From: a virus
Lineage: Duplodnaviria; Caudoviricetes
Reading direction: 5' to 3' (one strand)
IMG/VR virus record: IMGVR_UViG_3300035703_000245
Location: 1-35,689 of that record
DNA: 35,689 bases
The notes below the pieces were generated by a model, which made no database searches, was not told where the DNA came from, and saw nothing but the letters and a program-made list of their open reading frames with translations. A program made the translations under genes and the position numbers. Shown here in pieces: positions 1-6,804 of this stretch (position 1 is the first letter of the stretch; every line of letters begins with the position of its first letter).

Positions 1-86
1 GAAAAACGGTCGAGCGGTACGGTCCGCCCACGCTCCGCCCACACCTCGTTCAACAGCGCCAGCGCCTTCTTCTCGATATCCGTCAT
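1..86 (-). CDS. Small early protein, runs off the left edge
   Basis: ATG at 86 overlaps the upstream TGA (ATGA coupling); MTDIEKKALALLNEVWAERGR... Confidence 0.6.
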   Translation of the reverse strand, partial: MTDIEKKALALLNEVWAERGRTVPLDRF

Positions 87-211
87 TTCCTCATCTCCTC
101 GATTTCTTGCGCCTGTGCCTCGTATTCGGACAGGTCGAACAGGTGTTGCACCTCGAACGGGATGCCGTCGTTGTCGGCCAGCCATGCGGCCATGCCGAGG
201 CGATGGTTCAC
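83..211 (-). CDS. Small acidic early hypothetical protein
   Basis: GTG at 211 overlaps the upstream TGA (GTGA); in frame with track ORF 83..271. Confidence 0.6.
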   Translation of the reverse strand: MNHRLGMAAWLADNDGIPFEVQHLFDLSEYEAQAQEIEEMRK

Positions 212-378
212 GAAGACCTCCTGTAATTTGCCATCAGACCCAACGGCAGAATAAGCCACCACGCAGACCACCCTTGCCAGCCTATGAGGTAGGCAGTGCC
301 GCCGAGCAGGAATGCGTTATAAGACGTGATGATCGCTAGGAGAGCAATTTCACCCCCAGTCACTTTCGCCGCGCTCAT
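208..378 (-). CDS. Small membrane protein, two predicted TM segments
   Basis: ATGA-coupled start at 378; hydrophobic IALLAIITSYNAFLLGGTAYLIGW...WWLILPLGLM. Confidence 0.6.
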   Translation of the reverse strand: MSAAKVTGGEIALLAIITSYNAFLLGGTAYLIGWQGWSAWWLILPLGLMANYRRSS

Positions 379-482
379 GACAGCCAGTCCCACACCAGCG
401 CCGTGATGGCGATGGCAGCGCAGACGATCAGCGCCAGCAGCACCTGACAGCCGCGCGGGTCGAAGTCCTCGTCGAACATCAT
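375..482 (-). CDS. Small single-TM protein (35 aa, below ORF track cutoff)
   Basis: MMFDEDFDPRGCQVLLALIVCAAIAITALVWDWLS; ATGA overlaps at both ends. Confidence 0.55.
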   Translation of the reverse strand: MMFDEDFDPRGCQVLLALIVCAAIAITALVWDWLS

Positions 483-736
483 TCCACCCTCCAGCAGCGG
501 GCTACGCCTGCCTCGCGGTCGGTGCGGATCGAGAACCGCACACCATGAAAGCGCGAGTGTCGGCTGGCAGCGGCGCGCAGCCGTGCGGTCGCGCGATCCT
601 CAGAGCCGCGCATGCTGCCTGTCAGCGGTATGGCGAAACTGTCGCCCACCTTCATGATCGGGAAAGGATACTTGAAGGGCCGCCCGTTGGACGGGATCGG
701 CGGCGGCAGGTCGGAGTCAATCGTCGGTTCGGTCAT
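479..736 (-). CDS. Small basic putative DNA-binding protein (YPF..MKVGDSF...RCWR phage family)
   Basis: GRPFKYPFPIMKVGDSF and C-terminal VARCWRVE match a recurrent small phage family; start re-called at ATG 736. Confidence 0.7.
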   Translation of the reverse strand: MTEPTIDSDLPPPIPSNGRPFKYPFPIMKVGDSFAIPLTGSMRGSEDRATARLRAAASRHSRFHGVRFSIRTDREAGVARCWRVE

Positions 737-737
737 G

Positions 738-893
738 TTACTTTCCCAAGGGCAGTAGGCGGCCCGTGCGCGGGTCGCGGCGGTGGCTGTTAGCGCGCAG
801 GCGCTGGATGTCGCGCCGCCAAAGCGCGAGCGTCCAGACGTTAAGCGCGAAGGCGAGCGCAATGGTGGCTAGGTATAGTTCAAGGTCGGTCAT
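738..893 (-). CDS. Small membrane-anchored protein
   Basis: ATG 893 after GGAGG; N-terminal TM helix then RRDPRTGR. Confidence 0.6.
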   Translation of the reverse strand: MTDLELYLATIALAFALNVWTLALWRRDIQRLRANSHRRDPRTGRLLPLGK

Positions 894-895
894 GG

Positions 896-958
896 TCAGT
901 TTTCCTCCGCTAGTAGCGTTACGATTATCAGCAGCAGCCCGAAGGCGAAGGCGATCAT
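896..958 (-). CDS. Possible 20 aa hydrophobic peptide
   Basis: MIAFAFGLLLIIVTLLAEEN; ATGA-coupled to the upstream gene and fills the gap. Confidence 0.4.
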   Translation of the reverse strand: MIAFAFGLLLIIVTLLAEEN

Positions 959-1197
959 GCGTCCGCCTCGGCATCATGGAAGGTTTGCAGTTCATCGCGC
1001 AGGGCATCGACCCGCCGTTCGAGTTCAAGGTTCTCCGCCTGAGCGTCGGCCAGCATAGCGTCGGCGTGTTCTAGTTCTTCCAGCCGTTCGCCTAGGGCGA
1101 TGGCCAGTTCGTGTCCGCTATCGCGCGCGGCTTCAATCAGTGTGCGGGTCGAGACAGCGCGCCAATCGGTGCGGTCATGGTTCGGGTTATAGGTCAT
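955..1197 (-). CDS. Early hypothetical protein, acidic coiled coil
   Basis: 80 aa ORF in a tightly packed operon; heptad pattern LEELEHADAMLADAQAENLELERRVDAL. Confidence 0.7.
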   Translation of the reverse strand: MTYNPNHDRTDWRAVSTRTLIEAARDSGHELAIALGERLEELEHADAMLADAQAENLELERRVDALRDELQTFHDAEADA

Positions 1198-1200
1198 GGC

Positions 1201-1386
1201 TCAGAGTTCCTCTTCTTCTATGGCGAAGCCCCAGCCGCTGCGCAGGGCGCGCGTTGCGGCGGTTTCGGCTGCTACAGGGTCTGCGAAGCGCATGGCGCAG
1301 GCATCGCAGGCGGTCAGGCTCCCGTCGGCGGCGAGGTATTGCTCGCCATCCTCAGGGCTCCACATGGTTACGAGATAGACTGTCAT
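1201..1386 (-). CDS. Early hypothetical protein
   Basis: 61 aa; GGAGCAAA RBS upstream. Confidence 0.65.
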   Translation of the reverse strand: MTVYLVTMWSPEDGEQYLAADGSLTACDACAMRFADPVAAETAATRALRSGWGFAIEEEEL

Positions 1387-1389
1387 TGC

Positions 1390-1530
1390 TCATTTGCTCC
1401 GTTTGCGTGTCAGGTGCGCGATGATGCGCGGGTGCTGGTCGCGCAGCGCCGCCAGTAGGCGGTCGCTGGCAGTCTCCATCTCTTGCCGCCTGTGGTGTTC
1501 CACCTCGGCAGTGTAATCGCGGGCGGACAT
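1390..1530 (-). CDS. Early hypothetical protein (46 aa)
   Basis: MSARDYTAEVEHHRRQEMETASDRLLAALRDQHPRIIAHLTRKRSK; fits between its neighbours. Confidence 0.55.
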   Translation of the reverse strand: MSARDYTAEVEHHRRQEMETASDRLLAALRDQHPRIIAHLTRKRSK

Positions 1531-1533
1531 GGC

Positions 1534-1791
1534 TCAGGCGTCCACAGAGGCGTGATGGTCGGCCAAACCTTCCCAATCCACGGCGTTAATGTCGAGCATG
1601 TCCCAGATGAAACCGGCGGTGGTGCTGTCCTTGCCGATCAGGTCGAAAACATATCCCTCCACCTGTTCGCGGCAAAAGTCCGGCGTGATGTCGAAACCTT
1701 CCTCGGCCATCTCAGCCCATCCGTCATTGAACCACAGGCCCACAGTCCACGTCGCGGCATTGCGCCAGCCGTTGCAGGTATTGTCAGTCAT
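1534..1791 (-). CDS. Acidic early protein of the NGW.N..TW.V.LW family
   Basis: CNGWRNAATWTVGLWFND...VDWEGLA resembles a widespread phage early family; ATG 1791 after AGGAG. Confidence 0.7.
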   Translation of the reverse strand: MTDNTCNGWRNAATWTVGLWFNDGWAEMAEEGFDITPDFCREQVEGYVFDLIGKDSTTAGFIWDMLDINAVDWEGLADHHASVDA

Positions 1792-1862
1792 AGCGTTGCT
1801 CCTATCGTGTTTGGCACTAGCGCCAATGCTGCCACGGACGCGCGCCCGTGGCAGTGAGGGCG

Positions 1863-2456
1863 TTAGTCTATCAGCGCGCGGCGTGAGGCCCATGCGGTCG
1901 AGCCGTTATCGCTGTGGTGCGCACGGATGGGCATAAGCACAGCGAAAGCATGGTCGATCTCGGGGAAGGTAATGGCCGCAGCCCCCTCGCCGTTGTGGTG
2001 AATATGCGCGTCAAGGCTGTTGCGACGCTTGCCGCGCAGGATAACGCCAATCTTGCCCATGTCGGCGATGTAGGCAGGGTTAAATTGCGCAGTCTCACCG
2101 GTCAGCCCGTCAGCGTTGGGCACCACGCGCCGCCAGTCGGGATAGAAGCCGTCAACGGGCGCGCACATGATAGCGCCCACGCGATCGGGCGCGATCGTGA
2201 TGGTGTCGGCCTTGTAGCCTGTCAGCGCGCGCTTGATGGCGTCGGACGGGATAATCCAGCCGTCAAAGGCGGGCGTGTCGGACAGGTCAATCTTGCCCAC
2301 AAACATGCGGTGGCCATCGGTCGAGACAAGGAAGCCCTTGGGGTCCACGTAAACGCCGCAAAGGTAATAGCGCACCTGTTCGGTCGAAACGCACACAAGC
2401 GCGGCCTTGAGCGTGGCGGTCGGGATTTCGATAGTCGGGATGCTAGTCATGGTCAT
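1863..2456 (-). CDS. Truncated DNA polymerase III beta-clamp (DnaN)-like protein
   Basis: RYYLCGV, STDGHRM, DGFYPDWRRVVP and VLMPIR parallel E. coli beta RYYLNGM, ATDGHRL, DGRFPDYRRVLP and VVMPMR; 197 aa only. Confidence 0.8.
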   Translation of the reverse strand: MTMTSIPTIEIPTATLKAALVCVSTEQVRYYLCGVYVDPKGFLVSTDGHRMFVGKIDLSDTPAFDGWIIPSDAIKRALTGYKADTITIAPDRVGAIMCAPVDGFYPDWRRVVPNADGLTGETAQFNPAYIADMGKIGVILRGKRRNSLDAHIHHNGEGAAAITFPEIDHAFAVLMPIRAHHSDNGSTAWASRRALID

Positions 2457-2563
2457 TCGCTCCGGTTGATGATGCGCCAGATGCGCAGGGCGCTATCGGC
2501 AACGGACAGGATCGCGACGATTGCCGCAAAGATGAAAAAGACGTTGATGGCAGTTTGCAGCAT
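2453..2563 (-). CDS. Small single-TM protein (36 aa)
   Basis: MLQTAINVFFIFAAIVAILSVADSALRIWRIINRSE; stop overlaps the clamp-like gene start. Confidence 0.5.
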   Translation of the reverse strand: MLQTAINVFFIFAAIVAILSVADSALRIWRIINRSE

Positions 2564-2567
2564 GACT

Positions 2568-2726
2568 TCAACGCGTCCGCACCCATGCTTCGCCCGGATA
2601 GGCGGCGCACGCTAGGCGCGCTTCCTCTGCCGCCCGGTGGTGCAATTCCTTTGTGTGGTCGCATACATGACGCGAGATGACGCGACCGAAATAGGTGTAG
2701 ACTTCAAAGGTGGTGGTGGTGGTCAT
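2568..2726 (-). CDS. First gene of the early operon (52 aa)
   Basis: ATG 2726 after CGGAGCAAACGAC; MTTTTTFEVYTYFGRVISRH... Confidence 0.6.
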   Translation of the reverse strand: MTTTTTFEVYTYFGRVISRHVCDHTKELHHRAAEEARLACAAYPGEAWVRTR

Positions 2727-2763
2727 GTCGTTTGCTCCGGTTTGGCGTGTTTGCCTGAGACGT

Positions 2764-2792
2764 TTGCTATTGGGTTAATTGATGCCTGTCAA
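2764..2792 (-). promoter_or_regulatory. Sigma70-type early promoter
   Basis: TTGACA (2792-2787), 17 bp spacer, TAGCAA (2769-2764), AT-rich upstream. Confidence 0.6.
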
Positions 2793-2935
2793 CACAAAAA
2801 GTGTGCCGGAAAAAAATAGTCATTTGGCTTTCGAGAATAGCCTAACTCATGACTATTTGGCGCCCAAAAGCGCCTAAGCGCGCCATGCGCTATTTACATG
2901 GTTGTCAGTAAGAAAAGCGGATTGGCGGTTTTTGG

Positions 2936-3303
2936 GGCGGTCTAGGCAAAATTCTAGGCTATTGTTCAGCCCAAAATGACCAGAAAATTACGTCGCCAAT
3001 CCAAGGGGCTAAGTAGCAGTTAGGCGGTCTAGGCTATGGAAAAGATAGTCAGCTGGGATTTTTATGATTGTTAAGAATGATTCTTAACTAGAGCATTTAT
3101 AGGGGACGACTGGCAAAACGATAGCCTAGATCGCCAATGTCCCCTTTTGTTCCGCTTTTTGGCCCCCTCGCCCACGTCCCACGCATCACGCATTCGAGCG
3201 TTTCCCTTTTGTTCCTTATTGAAATATTGCTGCCCCTTGTTGTAATAATGTGTCCCGCCATTCTCGCCAGCCAAAAAGGTCCAACGCGATTGCCTAGATC
3301 GCC
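2936..3303. repeat. Four copies of GCCTAGAYCGCC around a palindromic AT-rich core
   Basis: Minus-strand copies at 2936-2947 and 3023-3034, plus-strand copies at 3124-3135 and 3292-3303; palindrome at 3070-3088. Confidence 0.8.
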
Positions 3304-3445
3304 TAGGCCAAAAGGCCCAACGCGCCAGCGCTGCGCCGTCTGGTTTTTGCTGCGTTGCAGCATGGAAGGGAGGGGGGGTGGGGCCGGCGGGGCGCGTGAC
3401 TGTCACGGCACGGTCCGCAAACAATTTTTATTTTTTTTAGAAAAA

Positions 3446-3474
3446 TTGCAAACCCGACCGACACAGATTATAGT
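3446..3474 (+). promoter_or_regulatory. Sigma70-type promoter for the terminase operon
   Basis: TTGCAA-17 bp-TATAGT with an A/T-tract UP-like element at 3423-3445. Confidence 0.7.
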
Positions 3475-3482
3475 GCGGCGCC

Positions 3483-3941
3483 ATGACCTTTTATTCGCTG
3501 CCATTCACGCCCGAGCGCGTCGAAGCCACCGAGGCGCGTCTCGAAGCCATCTATGAAGCTGCCAAGTACGGCCTGAAGGGCGACAGCCTCGCCTTGCGCG
3601 CTGGCCTCACCCCAACGCAGTACCGGCGCTTGCAGGAGTTCGACCCGCTGGTTGAGATGGCGGAACTCAAGGGCCGCGCTGATGGTGAGTGGCTGGCGGC
3701 CAAGACGCTGCACGACGCTGCGGCGGATGGCGACGCCAAGGCGGCGCTGGACATCCTCAAGCACCAGCACGGCTGGGTGGCCAAGCAGCAGGTGGACATT
3801 AACGTCGATCAACAGATTAGTGTGATCGGCGCGCTGGAGCGGGCGCAGACCCGCGTGATAGAAGGTATCTATTCGCCGGTAGATGCGTTAGAAGACCTGC
3901 GCCAAGCGACGGAGACGGTTGATGCGCAACGCGATGAATAG
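3483..3941 (+). CDS. terS: Terminase small subunit (probable)
   Basis: 152 aa helical protein at the head of the packaging operon; HTH-like N-terminus and ALDILKHQHGW motif. Confidence 0.7.
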   Translation: MTFYSLPFTPERVEATEARLEAIYEAAKYGLKGDSLALRAGLTPTQYRRLQEFDPLVEMAELKGRADGEWLAAKTLHDAAADGDAKAALDILKHQHGWVAKQQVDINVDQQISVIGALERAQTRVIEGIYSPVDALEDLRQATETVDAQRDE

Positions 3942-4350
3942 CCTGTACATGACGCCGATTGATTACGGCGGCGGCCCTTACATGACGACCATGAGCCGCT
4001 TTGACCCGGTCAATAATGACCTGTTCCCCGGCCCCAGCCCCACGGCAGGCGCGAGCACCTACGGCGCCGGCGGCGGTTCCGCTCCCGGCATCCGCCCGAG
4101 CCCCAGCGCACCGCCCATGATGTTCGCGCCGACCGCGTCCGCCTACCAAGAGCCGATGGGCTTCGGCAGCTACGACCAGATGATGGGCCGCCCCATGAAC
4201 TTCATGGCTGGCGGCGGATACCGCCCGCCGCCGGTGGCGCCCTACGGCGGTCGCTTCGGCGCGTTCAGCGGCGCGGGCCGCGGCTACAGCACCTACAGCC
4301 CCATCCCAGGCGCCTACGGCGGTCTTAACCCCTACGGCCAGATGTTCTGA
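3922..4350 (+). CDS. Gly/Pro/Tyr/Met-rich low-complexity protein
   Basis: ATG 3922 after GGAGA; high GC3 codon use like neighbours; stop overlaps the terL ATG. Confidence 0.65.
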   Translation: MRNAMNSLYMTPIDYGGGPYMTTMSRFDPVNNDLFPGPSPTAGASTYGAGGGSAPGIRPSPSAPPMMFAPTASAYQEPMGFGSYDQMMGRPMNFMAGGGYRPPPVAPYGGRFGAFSGAGRGYSTYSPIPGAYGGLNPYGQMF

Positions 4351-5885
4351 TGCAGCAGCCCATCTACTCGGCCGCGGATGAAATGGAGTTGATGTCGCGG
4401 CTCTGGAGCCCCGGCATCAAGGACGACCCGCTGGCCTTTGTGCTGCTGGCGTTTCCGTGGGGCGAGAAGGGCACGCCGCTGGAGCACTTCACCGGCCCGC
4501 GGCGCTGGCAGCGCAGCATCCTCGCCGACCTGCGCGACCACATCAAAGCGAACCACGGCAAGATCGACTTCGACACCTTCCGCATGGCGGTGGCGTCCGG
4601 GCGCGGGATCGGCAAGTCGGCCCTCGTTTCGTGGCTGGTGATCTGGATGCTGTCCACGCGCATCGGCGGGTCGGTCATCGTGTCGGCCAACAGCGAAGCG
4701 CAGCTACGCTCGGTCACATGGGCGGAGATTACCAAGTGGCTGGCGATGTCGCTCAACAGCCACTGGTTCGAGATCGCCGCCACGCGCATCATGCCGGCCA
4801 AGTGGCTGACGGAGATCGTCGAGCGCGACCTGAAGAAAGGCACGCGCTACTGGTCCATTGAAGGGCGGCTGTGGTCGGAAGAGAACCCCGACGCCTACGC
4901 GGGTCTGCACAACCACGACGGTGTCATGCTGGTCTTCGACGAAGCCTCAGGTATCCCGGACAGCATCTGGTCGGTGGCGGATGGTTTCTTCACCGAGAAC
5001 ACGCCGCACCGCTTCCATCTGGCCTTCTCCAACCCGCGTCGCAACACGGGGTACTTCTACGAGACGTTCCACGCCAAGCGGGCGTTCTGGCGCACACGCA
5101 ACATCGACGCGCGCGACGTAGAGGGCACCGACAAGAACCTCTACCAGCGCATCATCGACGAGTACGGCCCGGACAGCTACCAAGCCAACGTCGAAGTTTA
5201 CGGCGCCTTCCCCAGCGAAGGCGATGACCAGTTCATCGCCAGCAACATCGTCGATGACGCGATGGCACGGCCCAAGCACAAGGACGAGAGCGCACCCATC
5301 ACCATCGGCGTCGATCCGGCCCGGTTCGGGTCCGACGCCACCGTCATCGCCGTGCGGCAGGGGCGCGACATCATCGCCCTCAAACGCCACCGCGGCGCCG
5401 ACACGATGGAAGTGGTCGGGCACGTCATCGACGCCATCGAAGAGTACAAGCCGGCGCTCGTCTGCATCGACGAGGGCGGTCTGGGCGCGGGGGTCGTGGA
5501 CCGCCTCAAGGAGCAGCGGTACAAAATCAGGGGCGTCAACTTCGGCAACAAGGCGCAGAAGCAACTCATGTACGGCAACAAGCGGGCCGAGATGTGGGGC
5601 GCCATGCGCGACTGGCTCAAGGACGCCCACCTGCCGCCGGATCGCTTCCTGAAGACCGACCTGATCGGGCCGCGCGTCAAACCCGACAGCAAGGGCACGA
5701 TCTTTCTCGAAAGCAAGAAGGACATGAAGGCACGCGGGCTGGCCTCGCCAGACGCCGCGGACGCCATCGCGCTCACATTTGCATACCCGGTGGCCTCACG
5801 CGAGTTCCGCGGCGACCGCGTTGACAGAAACCGCCCGAGAGCGTATTCTTCGGCCGGTGTATCCACGTCATGGATGGGCAGTTAA
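4350..5885 (+). CDS. terL: Terminase large subunit
   Basis: Walker A SGRGIGKS, Walker B LVFDEAS, RNase H-like nuclease IGVDPARFGSD and SPDAADA. Confidence 0.95.
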   Translation: MQQPIYSAADEMELMSRLWSPGIKDDPLAFVLLAFPWGEKGTPLEHFTGPRRWQRSILADLRDHIKANHGKIDFDTFRMAVASGRGIGKSALVSWLVIWMLSTRIGGSVIVSANSEAQLRSVTWAEITKWLAMSLNSHWFEIAATRIMPAKWLTEIVERDLKKGTRYWSIEGRLWSEENPDAYAGLHNHDGVMLVFDEASGIPDSIWSVADGFFTENTPHRFHLAFSNPRRNTGYFYETFHAKRAFWRTRNIDARDVEGTDKNLYQRIIDEYGPDSYQANVEVYGAFPSEGDDQFIASNIVDDAMARPKHKDESAPITIGVDPARFGSDATVIAVRQGRDIIALKRHRGADTMEVVGHVIDAIEEYKPALVCIDEGGLGAGVVDRLKEQRYKIRGVNFGNKAQKQLMYGNKRAEMWGAMRDWLKDAHLPPDRFLKTDLIGPRVKPDSKGTIFLESKKDMKARGLASPDAADAIALTFAYPVASREFRGDRVDRNRPRAYSSAGVSTSWMGS

Positions 5886-5888
5886 CGC

Positions 5889-6155
5889 ATGGCCGGCAAG
5901 AAAAAGTCCGTATCGCTGGCTGTGGGGCGCGGGGAAAAGCTGCCTGTGTCCAAGGGCGCAGGGCTGACAGCCAAGGGCCGAGCCAAGTATAACCGCGAGA
6001 CTGGCTCGAAACTGAAGGCTCCGGCACCCAACCCCAAGACGAAGGCCGATGCGGCCCGCAAAAAGTCGTTTTGCGCCCGTATGGGCGCTGTTGCAGCCAA
6101 GGCCAAGGACGGCGAACGCGCCCGAGCCAGCCTCAAACGGTGGAAATGCTCATGA
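5889..6155 (+). CDS. Small basic protein (DUF6321-like)
   Basis: GLTAKGRAKYNRETGSKLKAP...RKKSFCARM...SLKRWKC. Confidence 0.75.
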   Translation: MAGKKKSVSLAVGRGEKLPVSKGAGLTAKGRAKYNRETGSKLKAPAPNPKTKADAARKKSFCARMGAVAAKAKDGERARASLKRWKCS

Positions 6156-6313
6156 AACCGGGTCTCTACGCTAATATTCACGCCAAACGCGAGCGCATCA
6201 AGGCCGGATCGGGCGAAAAGATGCGCAAACCGGGCACCAAGGGCGCTCCGACCGCCAAGGCGTTCCGCGAGAGCGCCAAAACTGCCAAAAAACCCGCCAA
6301 GAAAGGTAAATAA
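6152..6313 (+). CDS. Small Lys-rich protein
   Basis: MKPGLYANIHAKRERIKAGSGEKMRKPG..., a recurrent phage family; ATGA-coupled. Confidence 0.75.
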   Translation: MKPGLYANIHAKRERIKAGSGEKMRKPGTKGAPTAKAFRESAKTAKKPAKKGK

Positions 6314-6658
6314 ATGGCCAAGCCGTTCATGCGCGTCCGTCTCGACCAGCCCAAAGCGCCCAAAATGACGCCCAAGGGCACCCCCAAGCCGGCTCCGAAG
6401 CCCATGCCGCTGGTCAAGCCGCGCGCTAAGGTCGCTGCGGCCGCTAACGCGGCCATTGACCGCGCCAACCGCGCTCAGGCGATGGAAGCGCGCGAAGCAC
6501 GGGCTATGGGCGTCAGCGCCAAGCCTGCGGCCAAGATGAAGGCTACGGCTGCCGAAGCAGCGGCCATCGACCGCGCCAACCGCGCGCAGGCCCGCGAAGC
6601 GTCGTTTATTCGCACGACTGTCAACGAGCGCACCACCCCGCAGAAAAAGAAGAAGTAA
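6314..6658 (+). CDS. Basic Ala/Lys/Pro-rich protein with an internal repeat
   Basis: AAIDRANRAQA occurs twice (DNA repeat 6449-6480 and 6560-6591). Confidence 0.65.
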   Translation: MAKPFMRVRLDQPKAPKMTPKGTPKPAPKPMPLVKPRAKVAAAANAAIDRANRAQAMEAREARAMGVSAKPAAKMKATAAEAAAIDRANRAQAREASFIRTTVNERTTPQKKKK

Positions 6659-6659
6659 G

Positions 6660-6803
6660 ATGCCGCTCGTCAAATCGACCAGCAAGTCGGCCTTTCGCAA
6701 GAACATCAAGGCCGAAATCGCGGCTGGAAAGCCGCAAAAGCAGGCTGTCGCCATCGCCTACTCGGTGAAGCGCGAAGCGGCCAAGAAGGGCAAAAAGAAG
6801 TAA
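6660..6803 (+). CDS. Small basic protein (47 aa, KPQKQAVAIA family)
   Basis: MPLVKSTSKSAFRKNIKAEIAAGKPQKQAVAIAYSVKREAAKKGKKK; missed by the ORF track. Confidence 0.75.
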   Translation: MPLVKSTSKSAFRKNIKAEIAAGKPQKQAVAIAYSVKREAAKKGKKK

Positions 6804-6804
6804 C

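Noticed and set aside
3071-3087. Possible CtrA box (TTAA...TTAA)
   Set aside because: Spacer is 9 bp, not the canonical 7.
3023-3135. Protelomerase telRL-type hairpin telomere site
   Set aside because: Only 19 bp is continuously palindromic and no protelomerase gene is visible.
2936-3303. CRISPR-like array
   Set aside because: Repeats are 12 bp, in both orientations and irregularly spaced; the Cas4-like gene is an ordinary phage replication exonuclease.
3071-3556. ORFs of 88-139 aa in the control region
   Set aside because: Atypical composition, no RBS, and they overlap repeats and the promoter; the region reads as non-coding.
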